Assembly: GCA_947589085.1 (NCBI GenBank)
Contig: CANPZD010000001.1
Span: 208,583-272,582 of the forward strand
DNA from: an uncultured Clostridia bacterium
Lineage (GTDB): Bacteria; Bacillota; Clostridia; Christensenellales; Borkfalkiaceae
Reading direction: 5' to 3'
Length of the DNA: 64,000 bases
Positions within the stretch are counted from its first letter, which is position 1, and every line of letters begins with the position of its first letter. The notes beneath the pieces were generated by a model. The model was not told the DNA's origin. It made no database searches and was given only the letters and a program-made list of their open reading frames with translations. The position numbers and the translations under genes were made by a program. Below, piece by piece: positions 53,878 to 63,206 of this stretch.

Positions 53878-54399
53878 TTATGTCAGATATAATACTATGT
53901 TCCCTGTCTCTAATGTCCGCTTCATATCGATCACGCGCTGATTGGAGGAACCGCGGAACTTCAACCGGATATCCTTCAACGCTTCGATGAAAGGCCCGTC
54001 GACGAGCACGTCGATTTCCGATAACAGCTCGCGCGTAACTTCGCACTGCGCCTGCGGCTCTCTTATCCCCCCGTTTTCATAGGTGTAGCCGGTATAGCAC
54101 CAAATATTCTTTTGCGGAAAGCGCGCTTTTACCGTTTTGACAAAGGGCAAAAGTCCGCGCTGATTGGCCGGCTCGAACGGATCTCCGCCGAGCAGAGAAA
54201 GGCCGGAGATGTACCCGGGCGCCAACGCATCCAGAACTTTCTGCTGAAATGCGTCGTCGAACGGCGTTCCGTAATCAAAATCCCAGGCAATTTTGTTAAA
54301 ACAATTTTTACAATGCCGCGTACAACCCGAAACGAAGAGGGAAACTCTAACTCCCTCTCCGTTCGCAATATCCGTGGTTTTGATTTCCGCAATATTCAT
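53878..54399 (-). CDS. nrdG: Anaerobic ribonucleoside-triphosphate reductase activating protein
   Basis: Radical-SAM motif SGCTRHCKNCFN. The start ATG overlaps the nrdD stop by 1 nt. Confidence 0.92.
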   Translation of the reverse strand: MNIAEIKTTDIANGEGVRVSLFVSGCTRHCKNCFNKIAWDFDYGTPFDDAFQQKVLDALAPGYISGLSLLGGDPFEPANQRGLLPFVKTVKARFPQKNIWCYTGYTYENGGIREPQAQCEVTRELLSEIDVLVDGPFIEALKDIRLKFRGSSNQRVIDMKRTLETGNIVLYLT

Positions 54400-56570
54400 T
54401 AAAGGTGCAACACCCTGTCCTTGATTTCCTGCGTTCTGCCCTGGTTCCAGAACTGCGTTCCGATATAACCGCATGTGCGGCGCGCCACGTTCATTTTGCT
54501 CTGGTCGCGGTTATGGCAATGCGGGCATTCCCAAAGAAGTTTTCCGTCCTCTTCGACGATCCCGATCTCTCCGTCGTAGCCGCATACCTGACAGTAATCG
54601 CTCTTCGTGTTGAGTTCCGCATACATGATATTGTCGTAAATATACTGCATGACGGCAAGCACGGCCGGGATATTGTCCTGCATGTTGGGAACTTCGACAT
54701 ACGAGATCGCACCGCCGGGGGAAAGCTGCTGGAATTCGCTCTCGAATTTGAGTTTGGTGAACGCGTCGATCTTTTCCGAGACGTGCACGTGATAACTGTT
54801 CGTGATATAGTTTTTGTCGGTTACGCCCGGAATGATCCCGAAACGCTGCTGCAAACACTTGGCAAACTTATAGGTCGTGCTTTCGAGCGGCGTGCCGTAG
54901 AGCGAGAAGTCGATATTGTGTTGCGCTTTCCATTCCTTGCACTTGTCGTTCATGTGCTGCATGACGGAGAGTGCAAACGGCTTCGCTTCCGCATCCGTAT
55001 GCGATTTTCCCGTCATAAACTTCGTGCACTCGTAAAGTCCCGCATATCCGAGGGAAATCGTCGAATATCCGCCGTAGAGAAGTTTGTCGATCTTCTCGCC
55101 CTTCTTCAAGCGCGCCAGCGCGCCGTATTGCCAAAGAATGGGCGCAACGTCGGAGACCGTGCCCTTGAGCCGGTTGTGACGATACATCAACGCGCGATGG
55201 CAAATTTCGAGACGTTCGTCGAAGATCTTCCAGAACTGATCGATATCGCCCTTGGACGAGAGCGCAACGTCGACGAGATTGATCGTCACGACGCCTTGGT
55301 TGAATCTGCCGTAATATTTGGGCTTCCCCTCCGCGTCCACATACGGCGTGAGAAAGCTGCGGCACCCCATACAGGTATAGCAATGCCCTTCGCCGTTCTT
55401 ATCGACCTTGTATTCGAGCATCTTCTTCTCGGAAATATAATCGGGCACCATGCGCTTTGCGGTGCACTTTGCGGCAAGTTCCGTAAGATACCAATACTTG
55501 CTTCCCTCGCGCACATTGTCCTCTTCCAGAACATAGATGAGCTTGGGGAATGCGGGCGTGACCCAAACGCCGGATTCGTTCTTCACGCCCTGAATGCGCT
55601 GTTTGAGCGTCTCTTCGATGATCATCGCAAGATCGTCGCGCTCGCGTTCGCTTCTCGCCTCGCCGAGATACATGAACACCGTGACGAACGGAGCCTGTCC
55701 GTTCGTCGTGAGCAGCGTCACGACCTGATATTGAATGGTCTGGATGCCCTTTCTGATCTCGTCGCGAAGGCGGTTTTCGGAAATCTTGGCGATGTGCGCC
55801 TCGTCGGTGATGCCGACTTCGGCAAATTCCGCGGCGACGTCGGCACGAATCTTCTGTCTGCTGATATCCACAAATGGAGCAAGGTGCGTGAGCGAAATGC
55901 TCTGGCCGCCGTATTGGTTGGAGGCGACCTGCGCGATGATCTGCGTTGCGATGTTGCAGGCCGTGGAGAAAGAATGCGGTTTTTCGATGAATGTGCCCGA
56001 GATCACCGTTCCGTTTTGCAGCATATCCTCGAGATTGACGAGATCGCAGTTGTGCATGTGCTGGGCGAAATAATCCGCGTCGTGGAAGTGAATAAGCCCC
56101 TGATCGTGCGCAGCGACGATATCGGCGGGAAGAAGAATGCGGCGCGTCAGATCCTTGCTGATCTCTCCGGCCATATAATCGCGCTGAACGGAATTGACCG
56201 TGGGATTCTTGTTGGAATTTTCCTGCTTGACTTCCTCGTTATTGCACTCGATGAGCGTGAGGATCTGCGCATCCGTCGTGTTGACCTGACGGGCAAGCGC
56301 GCGGGTGTAACGGTAGGTGATATATTTGCGGGCAACGGCAAAGGCTTTCTGATCCATGATCTGATTTTCCACGAAATCCTGGATCTCTTCCACGTTGACC
56401 GCACGATTCAGATCGTTTGCAAGCGCAGTGACCTTGTTCGCGATCAGTTCGATCTGCTCTTCCGTGAGGCGATTGCTCTCGCTCACTTCCGTGTTTGCTT
56501 TCCGGATCGCATTGAGAATTTTTTCAATGTCGAAAGAAACTTCCGCACCGTTACGTTTGATAATTTTCAT
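54399..56570 (-). CDS. nrdD: Anaerobic ribonucleoside-triphosphate reductase
   Basis: ATP cone (MKIIKRNGAEVSFDIEKI), Zn ribbon CQVCGYDG...CPHCHN, glycyl-radical RRTCGYIG. Start ATG 56570 follows AAGGAG. Confidence 0.95.
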   Translation of the reverse strand: MKIIKRNGAEVSFDIEKILNAIRKANTEVSESNRLTEEQIELIANKVTALANDLNRAVNVEEIQDFVENQIMDQKAFAVARKYITYRYTRALARQVNTTDAQILTLIECNNEEVKQENSNKNPTVNSVQRDYMAGEISKDLTRRILLPADIVAAHDQGLIHFHDADYFAQHMHNCDLVNLEDMLQNGTVISGTFIEKPHSFSTACNIATQIIAQVASNQYGGQSISLTHLAPFVDISRQKIRADVAAEFAEVGITDEAHIAKISENRLRDEIRKGIQTIQYQVVTLLTTNGQAPFVTVFMYLGEARSERERDDLAMIIEETLKQRIQGVKNESGVWVTPAFPKLIYVLEEDNVREGSKYWYLTELAAKCTAKRMVPDYISEKKMLEYKVDKNGEGHCYTCMGCRSFLTPYVDAEGKPKYYGRFNQGVVTINLVDVALSSKGDIDQFWKIFDERLEICHRALMYRHNRLKGTVSDVAPILWQYGALARLKKGEKIDKLLYGGYSTISLGYAGLYECTKFMTGKSHTDAEAKPFALSVMQHMNDKCKEWKAQHNIDFSLYGTPLESTTYKFAKCLQQRFGIIPGVTDKNYITNSYHVHVSEKIDAFTKLKFESEFQQLSPGGAISYVEVPNMQDNIPAVLAVMQYIYDNIMYAELNTKSDYCQVCGYDGEIGIVEEDGKLLWECPHCHNRDQSKMNVARRTCGYIGTQFWNQGRTQEIKDRVLHL

Positions 56571-56658
56571 GATGTACTCCTTGGTTATAATTCCGCCCCA
56601 TCCCCTTATCGCGGCAAATCCCGAGAGAGAAAAAAGCGCTCCGAACAGGAACGCTTTT

Positions 56659-56687
56659 ATTATATCTCCGTTCTCTTGCTTTGTCAA
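56659..56687 (-). promoter_or_regulatory. SigA promoter of nrdDG
   Basis: On the - strand: TTGACA (56687-56682), 17 nt, TATAAT (56664-56659). Confidence 0.6.
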
Positions 56688-56694
56688 GAGTTTT

Positions 56695-56742
56695 CCACAA
56701 TATTTTGGCAAAATTTTTTTCAAAACCACAATATGTAGTGGT
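56695..56742. promoter_or_regulatory. Tandem NrdR boxes upstream of nrdD
   Basis: CCACAATATTTTGG (56695-56708) and ACCACAATATGTAGTGGT (56725-56742), centres 32 bp apart. Both match the NrdR palindrome consensus acaCwAtATaTwGtgt. Confidence 0.75.
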
Positions 56743-56806
56743 TTTATCGAAAAAACTCGAATTTTGCGTTGTGAAACGAAAGGCGCAGAAAGTTACACGC
56801 CGACAA

Positions 56807-57475
56807 TCAAATCAACTTCGTCCCGTTGATGACGAGAGAAAATCTGCAGCCGAGAAATTGCGCGGCCTTGCGGCAGAGCTGCATTCTCGCAAAATAGATC
56901 TCGAAATAGTCCATCACCGAGCAGATCGCGTCGTCGATCTCGATGTGCAGCGCGATCACGGAATCCGCGCGGTCTACCGTAAGATACGAGCGCTCGGCGG
57001 CGAGATTCACGCGGTCGTGGATATTCGCGCGCAGCACATTGCGGATATTTTTCTTGACGCGGCTCTTGTGGACGTCTGCTTTGTCCGCGATGATGAGCGC
57101 GCCGGAAACATCGGAAACGGGCGTCCCGAACTGTTCGTCGTGATTGCCGATCGCCATCATGATCTCCGCGGCATGGCGATGATCCATGCCGAGACGCGTG
57201 AGGATCTGATAGGCTAAAATCGCCCCGCTCTGCGCGTGATCCGCGCGGTTGATGCAGTTTCCGATATCATGAAGATACCCCGCGATCTCCGCAAGGCGCA
57301 CCCGCTCTTCCGGACACCCGAGTTCCCGCAGGATCTCCCCCGCCCATTTGCTGACGATCCCCGCATGACGCCGCGAATGCTCGGTAAACCCGAGCACTTC
57401 GATCTGGCTCTCCGCCATGGACATGATGGCTTCCACTTCATCATCTGTTTTGATGGTCGAAAGGCTCAACAGCAT
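56807..57475 (-). CDS. HD-domain phosphohydrolase
   Basis: FTEHSRRHAGIV and IAGYLHDIGN (H...HD), with a further NHDE. Confidence 0.8.
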   Translation of the reverse strand: MLLSLSTIKTDDEVEAIMSMAESQIEVLGFTEHSRRHAGIVSKWAGEILRELGCPEERVRLAEIAGYLHDIGNCINRADHAQSGAILAYQILTRLGMDHRHAAEIMMAIGNHDEQFGTPVSDVSGALIIADKADVHKSRVKKNIRNVLRANIHDRVNLAAERSYLTVDRADSVIALHIEIDDAICSVMDYFEIYFARMQLCRKAAQFLGCRFSLVINGTKLI

Positions 57476-57476
57476 A

Positions 57477-58400
57477 TCAAAACTCCGTTACGGTCAGACT
57501 CTCATAGATCTCCTCGTATTTCTTTCGCGTAAACGAAACGGTTCCGAACGTGGTGACCGTTGCCGTCCCTGCGGCGACGCCCGCCCTGAGCACTTCGGCA
57601 AGTCCGGCGCCCTGCTGCATTTTCACGGCCGCGGCTGCGACCATGCCGTCTCCGGCGCCGACCGTGGAGTTGACCGCCACATTGATGCTCTTGCAATAAT
57701 AGTTGCGGCTGCCGTTCGTGATGATCGCGCCGTCCTTCCCGAGGGAAAGCAAAACGGTCTTTGTTCCCCGGTCGATCAGTTCGCGGCAGGCGGCGAGCAC
57801 GTCCTCGCGGCTCTTCAGCTCTCGCCCCAAAGACTGTTCGAGTTCCTCGCGGTTCGGCTTGACAAGATCCACGCCGGCTTCCAGCGCCGCAAACAATTTT
57901 GCGCCCTCGGTATCCGCGATGCGCAGCGATTTCGGACTTACGGCGCGGCAGAGATCCCGATAGTACCCGACCTCGACGCCTCTCGGCAGTCCGCCGGAGA
58001 TGACCGTAACTTCCGCGCGGGAAGAAACCTCGCGCACGACAGCTTCCAGCTCCGTAAGTTTTTCGGGTAGCACCTTTTCGCCGACGTCGTTGATCTCCGT
58101 GAGCATCGACTTATTGTCGATACATTTATAATTTTCGCGCACCCGGCCTTCGTTCCAGATAAACGAACACGGAACCCCTTCCTTTTCCAGCGCGCGTTCG
58201 AACATTTCGCCGTTCTCTCTGTACATGAATCCCGTCAGCTGCGCCTGTGCGCCCAAACGCGTGATGCCGATCGCAACGTTGATCGCTTTCCCCGTAAAAG
58301 AGAGCGTTTTGTTTTTCACAACGTTCATTTTCCCGATATTCAGGGAATCCAACTCAACAGTAACGTCCACGCTCGGACTCATGCAGACGGTCAATATCAT
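57477..58400 (-). CDS. PfkB-family sugar-phosphate kinase (1-phosphofructokinase / tagatose-6-P kinase type)
   Basis: MILTVCMSPSVDV...GKAINVA and the C-terminal NSTVGAGDGMVAA. Start ATG 58400. Confidence 0.85.
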   Translation of the reverse strand: MILTVCMSPSVDVTVELDSLNIGKMNVVKNKTLSFTGKAINVAIGITRLGAQAQLTGFMYRENGEMFERALEKEGVPCSFIWNEGRVRENYKCIDNKSMLTEINDVGEKVLPEKLTELEAVVREVSSRAEVTVISGGLPRGVEVGYYRDLCRAVSPKSLRIADTEGAKLFAALEAGVDLVKPNREELEQSLGRELKSREDVLAACRELIDRGTKTVLLSLGKDGAIITNGSRNYYCKSINVAVNSTVGAGDGMVAAAAVKMQQGAGLAEVLRAGVAAGTATVTTFGTVSFTRKKYEEIYESLTVTEF

Positions 58401-58478
58401 CCGTTCTCTCCCTTTGTGCCGCCAAACTACCCGCGACACGACAATGACGGATCCGCTCCGTCATTTCGAACTATAACA

Positions 58479-58507
58479 ATTATATTATAAACTTTGCGCG
58501 TTTTCAA
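58479..58507 (-). promoter_or_regulatory. SigA promoter of the pfkB-HD pair
   Basis: On the - strand: TTGAAA (58507-58502), 17 nt, TATAAT (58484-58479). Confidence 0.5.
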
Positions 58508-58562
58508 GACCTTTTGCAAAAAAATGTGAATCTAAATCATAAAATGATTAATATCAACTATT

Positions 58563-59525
58563 TTACATGGAAATCATTTGCAAGGTCTCATAGAGTTCGA
58601 AGTTGAATTGCTTTTTCATGGAGACGGCCTCGATGATGTCCATATCGATGATCTCGTTTTTATGAATGCCCACGACGCGGTTTCCGATCCCGTCTTTCAG
58701 CAGGCGAACCGCCTTGTTGCCGAACTGCGCCGCAAGCATACGATCCGCCATGGAGGGCGAACCGCCGCGCTGGATATGTCCGATCGTCGTAGAACGGACG
58801 GAATGCGTCGTAACTTCCTGCAATTCCTTGGCAAACGCCTCCGCGCTTGTCACCCCTTCGGCCACGACAATGATGTTGGAGTGCTTTCCGCTTGCACGGG
58901 AACGGTTGATGCGCATGACGATGTCGTCCATATCGAAAGGGATCTCCGGAACGACGATGATCTCCGCGCCCGAAGTGATCCCGGCGTAGAGCGCAATATC
59001 GCCGCAGGAACGGCCCATGACTTCCACCACGGAAATTCTCTCATGGGAATTCATCGTATCGCGGAGCTTATTGATCACTTCGATGCAAGTATTGACGGCC
59101 GTATCGAACCCGAGGGTGTAATCCGTATACTGCAGGTCGTTGTCGATCGTGCCCGGAATGCCGATCGTGGGAATGCCGTAATTTTCCGTGAGGCATTTCG
59201 CGCCGCGGAAAGATCCGTCGCCTCCGATCACGACAAGCCCTTCGATCCCCCTTCTGTTCAAGGTGTCCACGGCCTTTTTCTGCCCTTCCTCGGTGAGCAT
59301 TTCAAGACAGCGCGCCGTGCGGAGCATCGTCCCTCCGCGGTGTACGATATCCGAGACGCTGCGCATGTTCATGGGCATCATGCTGTCCTCGATGAGACCC
59401 GCGTAACCCCGTTCGATGCCGTAAACTTCCAAACCGAAATAGATCGCCGTACGAACGACTGCGCGGATCGCCGCATTCATGCCCGGCGCATCGCCGCCGC
59501 TTGTGAGTAATCCGATTCTCTTCAT
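58563..59525 (-). CDS. pfkA: ATP-dependent 6-phosphofructokinase
   Basis: MKRIGLLTSGGDAPGMNAAIRAVV, VIGGDGS, GIPGTIDNDL. Start ATG 59525 follows GGAGG. Confidence 0.95.
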   Translation of the reverse strand: MKRIGLLTSGGDAPGMNAAIRAVVRTAIYFGLEVYGIERGYAGLIEDSMMPMNMRSVSDIVHRGGTMLRTARCLEMLTEEGQKKAVDTLNRRGIEGLVVIGGDGSFRGAKCLTENYGIPTIGIPGTIDNDLQYTDYTLGFDTAVNTCIEVINKLRDTMNSHERISVVEVMGRSCGDIALYAGITSGAEIIVVPEIPFDMDDIVMRINRSRASGKHSNIIVVAEGVTSAEAFAKELQEVTTHSVRSTTIGHIQRGGSPSMADRMLAAQFGNKAVRLLKDGIGNRVVGIHKNEIIDMDIIEAVSMKKQFNFELYETLQMISM

Positions 59526-59630
59526 GATATTTCCTCCGTAGTTCACTTGCTGTCCGATTTATGATTATAACAGATTTTATCGGAAAAAGAAAGTGAGTTT
59601 GTGTTGTTTTTTGCGATTCTTCCTGATTTT

Positions 59631-62600
59631 TTATACAATTTTGATCTGACTTTCCGGCAGGAACGTGCGAAGCTCCGCCATGAGCGCACGGTTCAGATTG
59701 ACGCTGTATTCATAACGCTTTCCCCCGTGCAGGATCTTCGCGCGCGTCTTTCCCGCATATTCCGCGAGCGCTTCGATGAGTTCTCCGAAATCTTCTTCCG
59801 ACATCGTGCGCGCATCCAGCCAGAGAACCTGCTGTTGCTCCTCCGCGGCCGGCGCAGACTCCGTCTTTTGATCGGGCAGGAACTCTTCCAGAGCATCCAA
59901 AATGATGACGGGAAGTTTTTCGGGCGCGATATCGATTTTCCCCGAAATTTTCACCACGGCGTCCTGCCGCAAAAAGGATTTGGCGCGCTCGTAGATGCGC
60001 GGGAACGCGACGCACTCCACGCTGCCGTAGAGATCTTCCACGGTGACGAACGCCATGAACGCGCCGCCCTTTGTGGGGACCTTTTTGATCGCCGCGACGA
60101 TCCCTCCCATCGTGACGGGATCATCGGCTTTGATCTGATGATACGTTCTGTCCCCCGTCTCCTCGTCCTCTTCGAAGTCGGCGAGCAACCCGCAGTGGAA
60201 GTTGCAATTTTTGAAATGATGCGCAAAGGCCTCAAACGGATGCCCGCTGACGTATACGCCGAGCACCGATTTTTCGTTGGAAAGCAATTCCGCGGTGTTC
60301 CACTCGGGCAGATCCGGATACTCTACGCGCGGCGCCTCGTCCTCGAGAATATCGCCGAACAGCGACATTTGCGCGCTGTTTTTCTGTTTGTCGATCCCCG
60401 CGATGCGCCGCATGAGTTCTTCGTAGACGGCTGCGTACTGGGAACGCCGCTTGCCCATGGAATCGAACGCGCCGCCGAAGATCAGACTTTCCACCATGCG
60501 CTTATTGACGAATTTCGTGCAGCGCATGAGAAAGTCGGAAAAGTCCTTGAATTTTCCGTTCGTTTCCCGTTCTTCGATGACGCTCTCCATGGCGGCCTGC
60601 CCCACGCCGCGCAGGGCGCAAAGTCCGAACCGCAGGCCGTTGTTCTGCACGGAGAAGAACGCTTTTGACTGATTGACGTCCGGCGGATAGACGGGAATAT
60701 TCTTCTCTTTCATGTAAACGACGTACTTTGCGATCTCGTCGATCTTATCGATGCGGTTGTTGAGCACGCCGGCAAGGAATTCCTTGGGATAATACTTTTT
60801 GAGATAGGCGGTCTGATAGGTGACCACGGCATACGCCGCCGCATGCGATTTGTTGAATGCGTACGACGCAAAACTCTCCATTTGAGCAAACAATTCGGCG
60901 GCGACCTCGGCCGGGATTCCCTTCGAGACGCACCCGGTGATATTTCCGCCCTTGTCGATATCGCCGTAGATGAATTTATCCTTCTGCGCCATCAGTTCGG
61001 AGCGGTGTTTCTTCGACATTGCGCGCCGCACGAGATCGGCCTGCCCGAGCGAGTAGCCAGCAAGATTCTGGAAAATCTGCATGACCTGCTCCTGATAGAT
61101 GATCACGCCGTACGTTTTATCGAGAATGGGACGGAGCAGCGGCGTAAGATAGCGGATCTTGGACGGATCCGACCTGTTTTTCAGATAGGCCGGAATGAAG
61201 TCCATCGGCCCCGGCCGATAGAGAGAGATCCCCGCGATGAGATCTTCGAGACAGTTGGGTTGCAGCTGTTTCATGAAGCGTTTCATCCCGCCTTGCTCGA
61301 GTTGGAACACGGCGTCGGTGTCCCCCTCCGCAATGAGTTCGTAGGCCTTGGGATCGTTGCACTCCTGTCCGAATTCGATCTTTACGCCCGTATCTTCATA
61401 TATATAGTCGCATGCCTTTTTAATATCCGTGAGCGTCGCGAGCGCGAGGAAGTCCATCTTCAGCATTCCGATGGATTCCACTTCTTTCATGTCGAATTGC
61501 GTGGTGATATCTTCTCCGTTCCTCGAAAGCGGAACGTTGTCTGCGATCTTTTTCCGGCAGATGACGACGCCCGCCGCGTGCATCGACGTGTTGCGCGGCA
61601 TTCCTTCGAGCTTTAAGCCCATGTCGATGACCTGCTTCAACGCCTCGTCCGATTCATAGATCTCGATGAACTCGGCGTTCCGCTTGCTCTCCTGTTCGGC
61701 AAGTTTTTTCACGGCTTCGTCGTGCTGTTCGGGATCCGCGGTCTCTTCGACTTTTTTGCGCAGCTTTTCGAGATCCAGCCCGAGCAATTCCCGGATGGAA
61801 GATTTTCCGTCCATGACTTTCGTCACGCGGTTGACTTCCGAATAAGGCACGCGCATGACCCTCCCGACGTCCTTGATCACCGCGCGCGATTTGAGCGTCC
61901 CGAACGTGACGATCTGCGCGACGTTCTCGGGATGATAGCGGCGGCGGACATATTCGATGGTCTCCGCACGGCGCTCCGTACAGAAATCCACATCGAAATC
62001 GGGCATGGAAACGCGGTCGGGATTGAGAAACCGCTCAAAGAGCAGATCGTACCGCAGCGGATCCACGTTGGTGATCCCGATGGCATAGGCGATGATGCTG
62101 CCTACGCCCGAACCTCTTCCCGGCCCGACGGGAATATCGTTGAGCCGCGACCAGTTGATATAATCCCATACGATGAGAAAGTAATCCGCATAGCCCATCT
62201 TGATGATGACGCTCAGCTCGTATTCCGCTCTCGTTCTGATCTCCTCCGTCACGACCGGATAACGCTTGGGCAATCCTTCCCACGTGAGCCGGGTCAGATA
62301 CTCGGGCGACGGCGTACCGTCGTCTGCCGTATACATCGGGATCAGCGACTTATCATAGACGGGATTGCCGTCCTCTTTCAGATTGAACGGCGTATCCGTA
62401 TCGGACACTTTATCCGCGATCGCGCACGTATTGGCGATCGCCTCCGGATAATCGCGGAAGAGTTCCGCCATTTCGTCGCCGGATTTCATATAAAACTCGT
62501 GCGTCTGCATCTTCATGCGCGACGGATCGTCGAGCGTGCGCTTCGTTTGAATGCACATGAGCACGTCCTGCATCTCCCAATCTTCCTTATTGAGATAGTG

Positions 62601-63206
62601 GACGTCGTTGGTCGCGACGAGCGGAATGCCCGTCTCCCGCGAAATTTTTACGATCAGCGGCAGGATCCGTTTCTGTTCGGGGATCCCGTGATCCTGGATC
62701 TCCAGATAAAAATCGTCGCCGAACGATTCCCGCAGCGAGAGCGCAAATTCCTTTGCCTTTTCATATTCCCCCGCCAACAAAAGTTGGGGGATCCTGCCCG
62801 CAAGGCAGGCCGAAAGGCAGATCACCCCTTCCGTATGTTCTTTGAGCACGTTGTAGTCGATGCGCGGCCGATAATAATATCCGTCCACAAAGGCAAGCGA
62901 ATCGAGCTGGACCAGATTGATATAGCCGGCTTTGTTCTTGGCGAGCAGAATCAGATGTTCCGCATGCTGGTCGATATGCTTGCGATAATCGTCCACAACA
63001 TAAAATTCACAGCCGATGATCGCCTTGATCTTGTTTTTTTTGCACTTTTCGGCAAATTTCAGAGACGCGTACATGTTGCCGTGATCCGTAACGGCCACGG
63101 CTCGAATATTATTTTTGACGCAGTGGCGGACAAGCTCGTCCACCTTGACCGCACCGTCGAGGAGGCTGTACTCGGTATGGAGATGTAGATGAACGAAATC
63201 AGTCAT
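59631..63206 (-). CDS. dnaE: DNA polymerase III alpha subunit (DnaE type)
   Basis: PHP domain FVHLHLHTEYSLLDGA, DFDVDF, and an OB fold near the C-terminus. The start ATG 63206 overlaps the whiA stop (ATGA). Confidence 0.95.
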   Translation of the reverse strand: MTDFVHLHLHTEYSLLDGAVKVDELVRHCVKNNIRAVAVTDHGNMYASLKFAEKCKKNKIKAIIGCEFYVVDDYRKHIDQHAEHLILLAKNKAGYINLVQLDSLAFVDGYYYRPRIDYNVLKEHTEGVICLSACLAGRIPQLLLAGEYEKAKEFALSLRESFGDDFYLEIQDHGIPEQKRILPLIVKISRETGIPLVATNDVHYLNKEDWEMQDVLMCIQTKRTLDDPSRMKMQTHEFYMKSGDEMAELFRDYPEAIANTCAIADKVSDTDTPFNLKEDGNPVYDKSLIPMYTADDGTPSPEYLTRLTWEGLPKRYPVVTEEIRTRAEYELSVIIKMGYADYFLIVWDYINWSRLNDIPVGPGRGSGVGSIIAYAIGITNVDPLRYDLLFERFLNPDRVSMPDFDVDFCTERRAETIEYVRRRYHPENVAQIVTFGTLKSRAVIKDVGRVMRVPYSEVNRVTKVMDGKSSIRELLGLDLEKLRKKVEETADPEQHDEAVKKLAEQESKRNAEFIEIYESDEALKQVIDMGLKLEGMPRNTSMHAAGVVICRKKIADNVPLSRNGEDITTQFDMKEVESIGMLKMDFLALATLTDIKKACDYIYEDTGVKIEFGQECNDPKAYELIAEGDTDAVFQLEQGGMKRFMKQLQPNCLEDLIAGISLYRPGPMDFIPAYLKNRSDPSKIRYLTPLLRPILDKTYGVIIYQEQVMQIFQNLAGYSLGQADLVRRAMSKKHRSELMAQKDKFIYGDIDKGGNITGCVSKGIPAEVAAELFAQMESFASYAFNKSHAAAYAVVTYQTAYLKKYYPKEFLAGVLNNRIDKIDEIAKYVVYMKEKNIPVYPPDVNQSKAFFSVQNNGLRFGLCALRGVGQAAMESVIEERETNGKFKDFSDFLMRCTKFVNKRMVESLIFGGAFDSMGKRRSQYAAVYEELMRRIAGIDKQKNSAQMSLFGDILEDEAPRVEYPDLPEWNTAELLSNEKSVLGVYVSGHPFEAFAHHFKNCNFHCGLLADFEEDEETGDRTYHQIKADDPVTMGGIVAAIKKVPTKGGAFMAFVTVEDLYGSVECVAFPRIYERAKSFLRQDAVVKISGKIDIAPEKLPVIILDALEEFLPDQKTESAPAAEEQQQVLWLDARTMSEEDFGELIEALAEYAGKTRAKILHGGKRYEYSVNLNRALMAELRTFLPESQIKIV

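Noticed and set aside
56571-56806. A cobalamin riboswitch or T-box upstream of nrdD.
   Set aside because: The leader is only about 80 nt and I could not find a B12-box-like sequence. NrdR boxes explain the regulation better.
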